Assembly: GCA_965207065.1 (NCBI GenBank)
Contig: OZ242260.1
Span: 1,792,001 to 1,856,000, forward strand
Reading direction: 5' to 3'
Source: a bacterium
GTDB taxonomy: Bacteria; UBA8248
Length of the DNA stretch: 64,000 nt
A model generated the notes under the pieces. It was not told where the DNA came from. It was given only the letters and a program-made list of their open reading frames with translations, and did not search any database. Every line of letters begins with the position of its first letter. The first letter of the stretch is position 1. A program made the translations under genes and the position numbers. This document shows positions 37,714-48,031 of this stretch, piece after piece.

Positions 37714-39228
37714 TCAACCCTCCTCCTCATCCGCATCGCTCTTCGTCTCCGGGAACCACTCCAGAAAACCTTCTTCGGTGGCGGGCGGAAACGGCCACTG
37801 GTCCCCGCGCATGGCGGACAGCGTACGGTCGGGGCCGGGCTGGAACCGCCGGGCCGGCTCGCCGACGAGTTTCCCGTTATCCAGCCATTTCTCGTCGCTT
37901 CCGTACATCTGCCCCTCCAGCGTCTCGGTCAACCGGGATAGCACGTCGGCGTAGTCGGGGTCCGAGAATAGATCGACGAGTTCGTTCGGGTCTTCCTGCA
38001 AGTCGAATAGCTGGAAGAAGTGCCCGACCGGGTAGTAGATGAGCTTGTGGCGTCCGTCGTGGATCATGCGGGAGCAATGCGCGTCCTCGCCCGCCTCGCC
38101 GAAGAGGAATTCCCGCTTCTTATCACCCACCATCGAGAGGCCTTCCACCGTCTCGGGTACCTCGATGCCGCACAGGTCGAGCAGGGTGGGCATGACGTCC
38201 TGTAGGCAGACGAGACGGTTGTCCACCCGGCCCGAGCCCACACGCGCATCGTCCGGCAGACCCGCCAGGATCATCGGGATTCCGGCGGAATACTCGTAGA
38301 AGACGCGCTTGGCCCACATGCCGTGGTTGCCCAGCATGTCGCCGTGGTCCGAGGTGAAGCAGATGATGGTGTCGTTGGTGAGGCTTTCCTCGCGCAGGGT
38401 GCCGATGATGATGCGTATCTGGTGTTCGATATGGGTGCACAGGGCGTAGAACGCCCGGCGCGCGTCGATAATCGCCCCTTCACCGTAAAGGTCGCCGCGC
38501 GTCTGGGTGGCCTGCGCGTTGTAGGGGAGCTTTTCGCGGTCGCGCGCCCATTCGCCCATGAACGGCTCGTCGATGGGTATGTCGCGGTAGATGTCCAGGT
38601 AGGCCTGGAGCGGCACGAGCGGCGGGTGCGGATGGCGGTAGGAGAGATACCAGAAAGCCGGCCGCATCGGGTCGCGCCGCTTGATGGTGCGCGCCATCAT
38701 GCGGGTGGTCCAGTTCGTGGGGTGCGTCGCCTCGGGCAGATGCCATGCCCGGTAGGTATACTGGTTGTTCCCCATGCCGTGATCGAACTGGCGGCCCGTG
38801 TAGCCGATGTCGCCCAGGTAGATGTCGTAATCATCGGCGACGTTGTAAATCGAGCGGCCCTCGTCGTCTAGGATGACGTCGTCGAAACCGATGCGATCGC
38901 GCTGGGGATAGACGTGAATCTTGCCGACCGCGTAGGCCTGATAGCCCGCGTCGCGGAAGGTCTGAGCCATCGTCGGCAAGTGGTCGGGCATCAGCATCGT
39001 CGGGCTGAAAACGCGGTCGCCGTGGGCGCGTGCGCTCGCGCCGGTCATCAGCGTACGCCTCGCCGGTATGCAGAACGGGTGTTCGGAATAGGCGTTCGTG
39101 AAGCGCACGCCGTTCTTGCAGAAGGTGTCGAGCGTCGGCGTCAGGATGCAGGGATGGCCCGCCGCCCCAAGCAGGGGCGAGGACCAGTGGTCGGTATTGA
39201 TCAGGAGGACGTTCGGTCTCGTTTGCAT
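37714..39228 (-). CDS. Formylglycine-dependent sulfatase family protein
   Basis: RPNVLLINTDH, CIPAR (CxPxR) plus LMTG, GKIH, PHPPL, SDHGDMLG, DPNE. Confidence 0.9.
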   Translation of the reverse strand: MQTRPNVLLINTDHWSSPLLGAAGHPCILTPTLDTFCKNGVRFTNAYSEHPFCIPARRTLMTGASARAHGDRVFSPTMLMPDHLPTMAQTFRDAGYQAYAVGKIHVYPQRDRIGFDDVILDDEGRSIYNVADDYDIYLGDIGYTGRQFDHGMGNNQYTYRAWHLPEATHPTNWTTRMMARTIKRRDPMRPAFWYLSYRHPHPPLVPLQAYLDIYRDIPIDEPFMGEWARDREKLPYNAQATQTRGDLYGEGAIIDARRAFYALCTHIEHQIRIIIGTLREESLTNDTIICFTSDHGDMLGNHGMWAKRVFYEYSAGIPMILAGLPDDARVGSGRVDNRLVCLQDVMPTLLDLCGIEVPETVEGLSMVGDKKREFLFGEAGEDAHCSRMIHDGRHKLIYYPVGHFFQLFDLQEDPNELVDLFSDPDYADVLSRLTETLEGQMYGSDEKWLDNGKLVGEPARRFQPGPDRTLSAMRGDQWPFPPATEEGFLEWFPETKSDADEEEG

Positions 39229-39609
39229 CTATGGCTCCCCAGGAAATTTCAGGCCGGGTTCGGCGTCGCACGGATGAAATTCATGCAAAATCGTAGCCCG
39301 GTGACGCTACTCCAGTTCCGTTTCCAGGACAAGCGGATCGGCGCGGAATAATGCCGTGTCCACGGGCAGGCGCGCGGATTTACGGATGACGAGGCGGCCC
39401 TTGGTGAACGCCCTCGTCGGCTCCTGCTACGGCGCGCTCACGAGTTCTTCCAGCATACCGACCGCGCGGCGGCTCATCTCTGCCCAGGTGTTTTTCCAGA
39501 AAGGGAACAAAGGCGCGCGACGTCCTGTCCGAGCCGCCCCCGGCCCGCCCAGGGTGCAGGGGGTGAGCCGGGAGCCTTTGTTCAGTTTATCGCAGCTTCC
39601 GCCAAGTGG

Positions 39610-40572
39610 CTATTTCTTCTTGACGAGCTTGTTCACGAGCGCCTTCATGTTGTTGTTTTCCGCTGCCATGAAGGACTCGAAATCCTTTCCGCTCATGTAT
39701 ATCACCCGTTCGCCCATGCGCTTCACCATGGATTGGAAGGATTTGTCCTTCACTCCCTTGTCGAAGGCCGTCCGTAGCTTGCCCAGGATGTCCGCAGGCG
39801 TCTTCTTGGACGCGAAGACCGTGCGGAACATGGCGAACTGGACGTCGTAGCCCTGCTCCTTCATCGTGGGCAGGTTGGGGAGCTGGGGCAGCCGGTCGGG
39901 CGCGGTGATAGCGAGAACGCGGACGTCTCCCTTGGAGAGAGAGGGCATCACCGTGGAGGCGAATGCGGGGGCGATGTCGATGTGCCCGCCGAGGAAGGCC
40001 TGCCAGGTGGGCCCGCCGCCCTGGAACGGAACGAACTTCAGCTTGATGCCCGCCTTGAGCGAGAGAAGCTCCATGGGAATCTGGTCCACACCCAGGCCGG
40101 GGACGCCGCCGAAGGAGATCTTGCCCGGCCTGCGCTTGGCGTCTTCGATCAGGTCACGCAGGTTCTTCCAGGGGGCGTCTTTCTTCACGGTAATGAGAAG
40201 CGGGCTGTAGTTGATTCGTCCCACCGGCACGAAGGACGCCGAGGAATAGGGAAGGCTCTCTAGGAGAGGCTTCACCAGGATGCTCTGCTGGTCGCCCAGG
40301 ATCAGGGTGTGCCCGTCCGCCCGCGCGCGGGCCACGAAGCTCGCTCCGATGGAGCCGCCTCCGCCTGCTCGGATGACCGCGAGCATGGGCTGGCCCAGAT
40401 AAGGTTCCATGACGCTCGCGAATGCGCGCGCGTGCGCGTCGTGCGAGCCGCCCGGCGAATAGGGGATGATCAGCCGGACGGGCTTGTTCGGGAACTTCGC
40501 GGACTCCGCGTGGGTCGGCGCCAGCCACAGAGCCATGGCCGCGATGAGTAGAACTGCCGTGAGTCGTTTCAT
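39610..40572 (-). CDS. Tripartite tricarboxylate transporter substrate-binding protein (TctC/Bug)
   Basis: Signal peptide, FPNKPVRLIIPYSPGG, GGGGSIG, ADGHTL, VPFQGGG, LPTMKEQG. Confidence 0.9.
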   Translation of the reverse strand: MKRLTAVLLIAAMALWLAPTHAESAKFPNKPVRLIIPYSPGGSHDAHARAFASVMEPYLGQPMLAVIRAGGGGSIGASFVARARADGHTLILGDQQSILVKPLLESLPYSSASFVPVGRINYSPLLITVKKDAPWKNLRDLIEDAKRRPGKISFGGVPGLGVDQIPMELLSLKAGIKLKFVPFQGGGPTWQAFLGGHIDIAPAFASTVMPSLSKGDVRVLAITAPDRLPQLPNLPTMKEQGYDVQFAMFRTVFASKKTPADILGKLRTAFDKGVKDKSFQSMVKRMGERVIYMSGKDFESFMAAENNNMKALVNKLVKKK

Positions 40573-40641
40573 GAGAATTCCCTCCTGTGGGTTATTCCTG
40601 CCTTCTCTGAAATCATGCGCCCCGATGTAGTGTAACCCTCC

Positions 40642-42147
40642 TCATTCATCACCGGCCTGCGGGGATCGGCGGCGGGCGCCCCAGACGACGACACCTGCGG
40701 CCAGCAATATAAAGACGAGCGAGATGGGCCGGCGGACGAACAGAGACAGGTCGCCGTCTCCCATGATAAGCGATTGTCCGAGGGAAGACTCGAACGCCCG
40801 CCCCAGAATGAAGGTGATGATGAGGGGGGCGACCGGGAAATCGAATTTTCTCAGAAAATAGCCCACCACTCCGAAGACCAGCATCACCTTCACGTCGAAG
40901 AAGCTGTTGTTCAGGGCGTATGTCCCCACCACACAGAACGCCGCCACGACGGGGAAGACCGCCTTCTTCGGGAACCGCGCGATCAGGGCCACATAGCGCA
41001 GGCTGAAGAACCCGAGGATCAGCATAAGGACGTTGCAGAGCAGCATGGCGATCAGGATGCTGTAGACGATCGCGCCGTGATCCTCGAAGAGGCGGGGGCC
41101 CGGCCGGAGCCCCTGCACCATGAATGCGGCGAAGAGCACCGCGGTTACGATGTCGCCCGGTATGCCGAAACTGAGCAGGGGGATGAGGCTCGAACCGTTG
41201 ACCGCGTTGTTGCCGGTTTCGGCGGCGGCCACTCCCTCCAGCGATCCTTTCCCGAACTGCTCGGGCTGCTTTGACCTCCGGAACGCCAGGCCGTAGGAGA
41301 CGAACGCGGATACCACCTGTCCCAGGCCCGGAATCGCGCCGATGATCGTGCCGACCACCGCCGAGCGGGAGATCGTCCGGCCGCAGCTCTTGAACTCCTC
41401 CATGGTCAGGGGTTCGTTGCCCTCGGCGCGCCACGCGGTCATGCGCTTCTCGTCTTCGGCCTTGCGCTCCTCTCGGGTCTTCTCTCCGTAGAGGAGGATC
41501 TCCGAGAGCGCAAAGATCCCGATCAGCATCGCGATGAACGAGATTCCCCCGGTCAGGTCCACCGAGCCGAAGGTGAAGCGCCGCACCCCGATCAGGGGGT
41601 CGAGACCGACCGAGCTCAGAAACAGCCCGAGAGCGGCGGACATCAGCCCACGAATCACCGAACGGCCCGTGACGCAGCTGATGATGGCGAAGCTGAAGAC
41701 GAAGATAGCGAAATATTCCGGGGGGCCCACCAGGATGGCGACCGCCGCGATGGCGCCCGCGATGAAGATGGTGACGAGATCGCTGAAGGTGTCCCCGATG
41801 ACGGAGGAGTAGAGAGCCATCTCGAGGGCCTTTCTCGCCTTACCCTGCTGGGCGAGGGGGTAGCCGTCCAGTACGGTGGCCGCGGCTGCGCCCGTGCCCG
41901 GCGTGTTGATCAGGATCGCGGGAATCGAACCGCCGAATATCGCCCCCTTCGTGATGGCCAGGAGGAAGGGAATCCCCAGAACGGGTTCGACGAAAAACGA
42001 GATCGGCAGCAGAACCGCCACCGCCATGGCGGCCGTGAGGCCGGGCAGGCCGCCCACCACGATCCCCATCGACATTCCGATCACTAGGACGGCGAGTACG
42101 TCGAAGCGCAGGCACAGGAACAGGCCTTGCGCCAGCTGCGCCCACAT
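40642..42147 (-). CDS. Tripartite tricarboxylate transporter permease TctA
   Basis: GGLPGL, GGSIPAILINTPG, DGYPLAQQG, EGVAAAETGNNA, GIPG. Confidence 0.92.
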   Translation of the reverse strand: MWAQLAQGLFLCLRFDVLAVLVIGMSMGIVVGGLPGLTAAMAVAVLLPISFFVEPVLGIPFLLAITKGAIFGGSIPAILINTPGTGAAAATVLDGYPLAQQGKARKALEMALYSSVIGDTFSDLVTIFIAGAIAAVAILVGPPEYFAIFVFSFAIISCVTGRSVIRGLMSAALGLFLSSVGLDPLIGVRRFTFGSVDLTGGISFIAMLIGIFALSEILLYGEKTREERKAEDEKRMTAWRAEGNEPLTMEEFKSCGRTISRSAVVGTIIGAIPGLGQVVSAFVSYGLAFRRSKQPEQFGKGSLEGVAAAETGNNAVNGSSLIPLLSFGIPGDIVTAVLFAAFMVQGLRPGPRLFEDHGAIVYSILIAMLLCNVLMLILGFFSLRYVALIARFPKKAVFPVVAAFCVVGTYALNNSFFDVKVMLVFGVVGYFLRKFDFPVAPLIITFILGRAFESSLGQSLIMGDGDLSLFVRRPISLVFILLAAGVVVWGARRRSPQAGDE

Positions 42148-42148
42148 C

Positions 42149-42631
42149 CTAGAAGACCCCGCCCGAAAGCCTGCCTTCCGGCAGCACGACGCCCAGGAAA
42201 TGACCGAAGAAGACCCGGATGAAGAGCGGGGTCAACAGAGCGAGCAGCGCGAGGGTCCGCCATTCCCGCATCCCGAGCTGAAAGGCGAACAGGGCGACGG
42301 CGACGAGGGTGGCGGGGAGCATCCCGAACCACTCGACGAGGAGGATGTAGAGGGCGAAGGTGGCGACCGGCGCCAGAGCGCGGATCCGAAGCGGTCCGCT
42401 GGGAAGGCGCTCAGGCGTGGAGGAGGGGGATATCCATTTTTGCGCGGCCATCAATGCGGCCATGAGCGCGAGCAGGGAGAGGGCAAGAAATGGAAAGGCG
42501 CTGGGCGGGAACGGAATAGTTCGTTCTCCCACCTTTCGGATAAGCACCTGGCTGGGTATCAGCGCCAGTCCGGCCAGGCTGAATACGAACACGGCAAGCC
42601 CGACCCACGTTTCCCGGTGGAATCGCTTCAT
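42149..42631 (-). CDS. Tripartite tricarboxylate transporter small subunit TctB
   Basis: Four hydrophobic helices, PSAFP, C-terminal LGVVLPEG; directly upstream of TctA. Confidence 0.85.
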   Translation of the reverse strand: MKRFHRETWVGLAVFVFSLAGLALIPSQVLIRKVGERTIPFPPSAFPFLALSLLALMAALMAAQKWISPSSTPERLPSGPLRIRALAPVATFALYILLVEWFGMLPATLVAVALFAFQLGMREWRTLALLALLTPLFIRVFFGHFLGVVLPEGRLSGGVF

Positions 42632-43008
42632 GGTGCTCTGCCTCCAGTTGGGCCCTCACGTCCTCGAGGCCCGCTCTCAGAGCAAAGCGTCGCAACTATC
42701 GACCTAACGCTCACCAATGGAAGAGCGGCACGTCGAAGAGACTCTCTTCCGTTGATCACTCATTTAGGGCAAGGCAGCCGTCATTTCGATTTTTATAATA
42801 CATGCAGAATACGGAACTGAATCCTTCGGGTCAATCAGCGTTGTTTCTCTATACATTCTGTGGCCGCCGCCTGAACGTGTACGTATGGAAAATCTCCCGA
42901 ATGCTTTACCTTTGCCATTTCGCTTCGGTTGTCATCAAAAACCCCCTTGTGTAGTGTTGATCAAATCGAAAAGTAAATTCCCTGAATTCCTGCGCGGGGG
43001 AGGATGCC

Positions 43009-44397
43009 ATGGCCGCAAAGACCAAGGTGGATGTCCTGATCGAGAACGGAACCGTCGTCACCGTGGACCCGCAGCGGAGGGTCATCCGAAACGGCGCCGT
43101 CGTCATAGCGAAGAACCGGATCAAGGACGTCGGGAAGGCTTCGGCCCTCAGGAAAAAATACGAGGCCAAACGGACCTACGACGCCACCATGAAGCTCGTC
43201 ACCCCCGGCCTGATCAACGCACACATCCATTTCTACCACCACATGCACCGGGGCCTTTCGCCCGAGACCCTGGCGGGTATGCCGTGGTCCGACTTCGTCC
43301 ACCGCCGGGTCGCCACCATCGTGAACGCCGAGGACGAGATATGGGGCGGCCTCGGGATCCTGGCCGAAACCCTCAAGACGGGGGCAACGACCTTTCTTGA
43401 GGCGGGTTCCTACAACCCAGGCCCCGTCATCGAGGGCGTCTCCCGCATCGGAATGCGGGGCCTGATGGGCCGAAGGTCGTTCGACATGGTGAGCCAGGGC
43501 CACAACATGCTGGTCGAGAGCACCCGGGAGTGTCTGAACGAGAACGAGAAGTTCATGAAGGACTACCGGGGCGGGGTGGGGCTCGTGAAGCCCTGCGTCG
43601 TCATCGTCGGGATGGGGCGCTGCTCGGACCGGCTCTACCAAAAGTCCAAGGAGATGGCAGACAAGTACAGGACTATCCTCCACATGCACCAGGCCAACAT
43701 GATCGAGAACGTCCAGGAGAGCCTGAGCCTGAACGGCGCCCGCCCCATCGAGCATCTCCACAACATCGGTGTTCTTGGTAAGAACGTGGCTCTCACCCAC
43801 ATGATCCACGTGAGCGCCAGGGAGATCGAGTTTCTCGCCAAAACGCGGACGAACGTCCTGCACTGTCCGAGCACCGCCATGAAGATCAGCTACGGCCTCT
43901 CCGCCTTCGGGAAGTTCCCAGAGATGATGGAGGCGGGCGTCAACGTCGCCATTGGGACCGACGCGTCTGACTGCTCGAACTTCAACGACATGGTGCGCCT
44001 AATGTATCTGGCGGCGGCGACGCCCAAGGACTACCGCTACGACCCGGCAGCGGGGAGTGCCGAAAAGGCTATCGAGATGGCGACCATCAACGCAGCCAGG
44101 GCGATGAACATGGAGCGGGAGATCGGCTCCCTCGAGCCGGGCAAGAAGGCCGACGTCGCCATCTTCGACATGAAGCGGCCGGATTGGGTCCCCCTCTACA
44201 ACGAGATCCAGAATTTCGTCTATTCGGCCCAGGGGAACAGCTGCGAGAGCGTCATGGTCGACGGGAAGTTCGTGATGGAGAACCGCGAGATCAAAACGAT
44301 AGACGAGACGGAAATCGTGGAGCGGATCGGGCGCCTGGCGAAAGGGGTCATGAAGCGGAGCAAGGTGCCGCTCTACAGCCCGTGGAAGTTCATCTAG
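43009..44397 (+). CDS. Amidohydrolase, MTA/SAH-deaminase / AtzA-like subfamily
   Basis: PGLINAHIH, HMH, HCPS, IGTD, MATINAA, GSLEPGKKAD. Confidence 0.88.
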   Translation: MAAKTKVDVLIENGTVVTVDPQRRVIRNGAVVIAKNRIKDVGKASALRKKYEAKRTYDATMKLVTPGLINAHIHFYHHMHRGLSPETLAGMPWSDFVHRRVATIVNAEDEIWGGLGILAETLKTGATTFLEAGSYNPGPVIEGVSRIGMRGLMGRRSFDMVSQGHNMLVESTRECLNENEKFMKDYRGGVGLVKPCVVIVGMGRCSDRLYQKSKEMADKYRTILHMHQANMIENVQESLSLNGARPIEHLHNIGVLGKNVALTHMIHVSAREIEFLAKTRTNVLHCPSTAMKISYGLSAFGKFPEMMEAGVNVAIGTDASDCSNFNDMVRLMYLAAATPKDYRYDPAAGSAEKAIEMATINAARAMNMEREIGSLEPGKKADVAIFDMKRPDWVPLYNEIQNFVYSAQGNSCESVMVDGKFVMENREIKTIDETEIVERIGRLAKGVMKRSKVPLYSPWKFI

Positions 44398-44428
44398 TCC
44401 CGGCCGCCCGGACGGGGAGGAGACCCTC

Positions 44429-45562
44429 ATGACGCGCATCGCCACCACCCACGTCGGGTCGTTGCCGCGAAGCAAGCGTGCGCTCGATTTTCTCTTCGCC
44501 CGCGACCGGGACGAGCCCTACGACCCGGCCGACTTCGCCGCCTGCATGGCGGAAGAGTGCGCGGAGACGGTGCGCCGGCAGGTCGAAGCCGGGGTCGACA
44601 TCGTCTCGGACGGCGAGACGTCCAAGATTTCCTACACCACCTACGTCAAGAACCGCTACACCGGCTTCTCCGGCCAGAGCGAGCGAGCCGTGCCCGGGGA
44701 TTTGAAGCTCTTCCCGCGCTATCTCGAACGCCTCGCGCGCGAGGGCGGGACGCCGAAGCTCGTCCGTCCGCAATGCACCGGACCGGTAGCGCCGAAGGAC
44801 GACGCCGACCTCAGGGCCGACATCGAAAATTTCAAGAATACGATGGCGTCGCATGACGTTAAGCGCGGCTTCCTGAACGCGGCGTCGCCCGGCGTCATCG
44901 CGTTGTTCATGCCGAACGTCTACTACTCTACTCGTGAGGCCTACTTGGAAGCCCTCGCCGACGCGATGAAGACGGAATACGACGCGATCCTGGCGGCAGG
45001 CTTCGACCTCCAGCTCGACTGCCCGGACTTAGGCCTCGCGCGCCACGTGCTGTACGAGGATCGTTCCGACGCCGAGTTCGGCATAATCGCGGCGGCGAAC
45101 GTCGAGGTACTGAACCACGCGCTGCGCGATGCCGACCCGGCACGGGTGCGGGTCCACATCTGCTGGGGGAACTACGAGGGGCCTCACGTGTGCGACGTCG
45201 GGCTGGATCACGTGTTCTCCGCCTTGATGTCCGCACGCGCCCGCTACGTCCTGTTCGAGAACGCCAACCCGCGGCACGAGCACGAGTGGACCGTATTCCG
45301 CGACCGGCGGGACGAGATACCCGAGGAAAAGATCCTCGTGCCCGGCGTCATCGACACGACGAGCAACTTCGTGGAGCATCCCGAACTCGTCGCGCAGCGG
45401 ATCGGGCGCTTCGTGGAGCTCTTTGGTCCGGAGCGAGTGGTCGCCGGAACCGACTGCGGGTTCGGGACCTTCGCCGGTTTCGGAGCGGTCGATCCCGACA
45501 TCGTCTACGTCAAGCTCGCGGCGTTGGCCGAAGGCGCCGCCATCGCGTCCGAGAGTATATGA
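44429..45562 (+). CDS. Cobalamin-independent methionine synthase II family (single-barrel MetE-like) protein
   Basis: TTHVGSLPR, VSDGE, Zn ligands HICWGN, FENANPRH, GTDCGF. Confidence 0.88.
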   Translation: MTRIATTHVGSLPRSKRALDFLFARDRDEPYDPADFAACMAEECAETVRRQVEAGVDIVSDGETSKISYTTYVKNRYTGFSGQSERAVPGDLKLFPRYLERLAREGGTPKLVRPQCTGPVAPKDDADLRADIENFKNTMASHDVKRGFLNAASPGVIALFMPNVYYSTREAYLEALADAMKTEYDAILAAGFDLQLDCPDLGLARHVLYEDRSDAEFGIIAAANVEVLNHALRDADPARVRVHICWGNYEGPHVCDVGLDHVFSALMSARARYVLFENANPRHEHEWTVFRDRRDEIPEEKILVPGVIDTTSNFVEHPELVAQRIGRFVELFGPERVVAGTDCGFGTFAGFGAVDPDIVYVKLAALAEGAAIASESI

Positions 45563-45871
45563 CGCGCGCCGCAAGCAGCGCGCGCAGCCGGGAGAGAGCG
45601 CCGTTAAGCATCTCCTGGTGAATACCGAAGGCGATTTTGTGCAGGCGTGAGGGTGTAACTCAACCTTTGCGTATCTGGCGTCTATAATCCCTGCCAAGAC
45701 TTCAAAGACCCGAGTCCATCCTTCTCCATTGCATTCTGACATTCACGCGGATTAAAATGCGCACGTCTTCGAGACGGTGTCGCAGAACCTTTGGGTGTTT
45801 CTAATGTATGACTTGGTTCGCGGCGCCCTGAATCTGTAAGTTCCACGGGACATCCAGAGAGGACGCAGAGC

Positions 45872-48031
45872 ATGTCGCGCCTGGCTGAAGATGAATCCTC
45901 CGCCATTGCCGCTGAACCGATCCTCGATCCACGCCGCCGATATCTGAATCGCGAGCTCTCCTGGCTCTCTTTCAACTGGCGCGTGCTCGCCGAGGCGAGC
46001 AATCTCCGCCACCCCGTGCTCGAACGGCTTCGATTCCTCTCCATATCGGCGAGCAACCTCGATGAATTCTTCATGGTGCGCCTCGCGGGACTCAAGGGCC
46101 AGGTGGCGAACGGCGTCACCCAGAAGAGCCTCGATGGCCGTACGCCCGCAGAGCAGTTGCTCGAAGTTTCTCAGGAGAGCGCTCGGCTGATCCGCGAACA
46201 GGAAACGGTTTGGCGGCGCTTACAAGTTGAACTCGGAGAGGTCGGTATCTCGGTGGTCACCGCGAAAGACTTGAGCGCGGAGGACATCGAATGGCTGGGC
46301 GACTACTTCCTGAAACAGGTATTCCTCGTGCTGACGCCGCTCGCCATCGACCCGGCGCACCCGTTTCCCTTTATCGCCAATCGCGGTTTTTCCCTGGCGC
46401 TGGAACTCGAAGCCATCAATGGTGCCCGGAAGATGCGGGCGCTGGTTCCGCTGCCCGATCAGGTGCGCCGCTTCATACGCCTGCCGGGAGAGGATGTCCG
46501 CTTCTTCGCGCTGGAGAATCTGGTTCGCTTGTTCATCGATCAGTTGTTCCCCGGCTACCGGATCGTCGGAAGCGGCGTGTTCCGCCTCATCCGTGACAGC
46601 GATATCGAATACGAAGAAGAGGCCGAAGACCTCGTCCTGTTGTTCGAGACCATGCTGCGCAGGCGCCGGCTCGGCGGTGTGGTGCGCCTGAACCTGAGCG
46701 CCGACATGCCGGATTCGCTGCGCGAACTGGTGATTGACGAGTTCGACGCGCAACCCGAGGACATCGTGGAGCTGACCGGCACGATCGGCATGGCGCAACT
46801 TGATGAGTTAATCGATTGCGGGCGGCCGGATCTGATTTTCCCTGAGTACCGTGCGCGCTTTCCCGAGCGCATCCGCGAGTACGACAACGATTGCTTCGCG
46901 GCGATCCGCCACAAGGACATCATCGTCCACCACCCCTACGAGAGTTTCGATGTGGTGGTGCAGTTTCTCGAACAGGCTGCGGCCGACCCGAACGTGCTGG
47001 CGATAAAACAGACGCTGTATCGCACGACCGACGGGTCGCCCATCGTGAAGGCGCTCATCGCGGCTGCGGAATCGGGCAAATCGGTCACCGCGATGGTGGA
47101 ACTCAAGGCGCGCTTCGACGAGGAGACCAACCTCAAGCTCTCGCAGTCGCTCGAACGCGCCGGCGTCCACGTGGTCTATGGCTTCATGAAGCTCAAGACC
47201 CACGCCAAGGTCACCTGCGTCGTGCGGCGCGAGGGAGAAGATCTGCGCAGCTACGTGCACTTCGGCACCGGCAACTACCATCCGATTACCGCGCGCATAT
47301 ATACGGACCTCTCGTTTTTCACCTGCGATGAGCGTCTTGCCCACGACGCCGCGCAAGTGTTCAACCTGACCACCGGCTATGCGCTGCCGACAAGTTTCGA
47401 GTGCGTCGCTGTGGCGCCCTCGGGCCTTCGGAAATCCGTGCTTGAGATGATCGACAATGAGATAGCCAACGCCGAAGCCGGCCGGCCGGCCGGGGTGTGG
47501 GCGAAGATGAACTCACTCGTGGATGGGACGGTGATCGACAAGCTCTACCAGGCGAGCGCCGCAGGCGTTCAGGTCGATCTGGTGGTTCGCGGCATCTGCT
47601 GCCTGCGTCCGGGCGTGCCGGGCCTATCCGAAAATATCCGGGTCAAGAGCATCATCGGGCGGTTTCTGGAACACTCGCGTATCGTGTGTTTCGCCAACGG
47701 CCACCCGCTGCCCTCGCCTCATGCGAAGGTGTTCATCACCTCGGCCGACTGGATGCCGCGCAACTTCGACCGCCGCTGCGAGGTGCTGGTGCCGATAGAG
47801 AACGAAACCGTGCATCAGCAGGTGCTCGACCAGATCATGGTGGCGAATTACAAGGACGATGTCCAAAGCTGGAACATGGCTGGCGACGGCGACTACGAGC
47901 GAGCGCTGCTCGGGGAAGAAGATTTCACGGCGCACACCTATTTCATGACGAATCCAAGTCTGTCTGGTCGCGGAAGCGCGCTCAGGCGGGCAGGCGGCCC
48001 GGCGAGGTTGCGTATTGCGGAAGACGGCTGA
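45872..48031 (+). CDS. ppk1: Polyphosphate kinase 1
   Basis: [61 protein letters not shown]. Confidence 0.97.
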   Translation: MSRLAEDESSAIAAEPILDPRRRYLNRELSWLSFNWRVLAEASNLRHPVLERLRFLSISASNLDEFFMVRLAGLKGQVANGVTQKSLDGRTPAEQLLEVSQESARLIREQETVWRRLQVELGEVGISVVTAKDLSAEDIEWLGDYFLKQVFLVLTPLAIDPAHPFPFIANRGFSLALELEAINGARKMRALVPLPDQVRRFIRLPGEDVRFFALENLVRLFIDQLFPGYRIVGSGVFRLIRDSDIEYEEEAEDLVLLFETMLRRRRLGGVVRLNLSADMPDSLRELVIDEFDAQPEDIVELTGTIGMAQLDELIDCGRPDLIFPEYRARFPERIREYDNDCFAAIRHKDIIVHHPYESFDVVVQFLEQAAADPNVLAIKQTLYRTTDGSPIVKALIAAAESGKSVTAMVELKARFDEETNLKLSQSLERAGVHVVYGFMKLKTHAKVTCVVRREGEDLRSYVHFGTGNYHPITARIYTDLSFFTCDERLAHDAAQVFNLTTGYALPTSFECVAVAPSGLRKSVLEMIDNEIANAEAGRPAGVWAKMNSLVDGTVIDKLYQASAAGVQVDLVVRGICCLRPGVPGLSENIRVKSIIGRFLEHSRIVCFANGHPLPSPHAKVFITSADWMPRNFDRRCEVLVPIENETVHQQVLDQIMVANYKDDVQSWNMAGDGDYERALLGEEDFTAHTYFMTNPSLSGRGSALRRAGGPARLRIAEDG

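Noticed and set aside
39427-39510. Minus-strand fragment FPFWKNTWAEMSRRAVGMLEELVSAP* that looks like a gene tail
   Set aside because: Too short to assign, with no start or RBS; may be chance.
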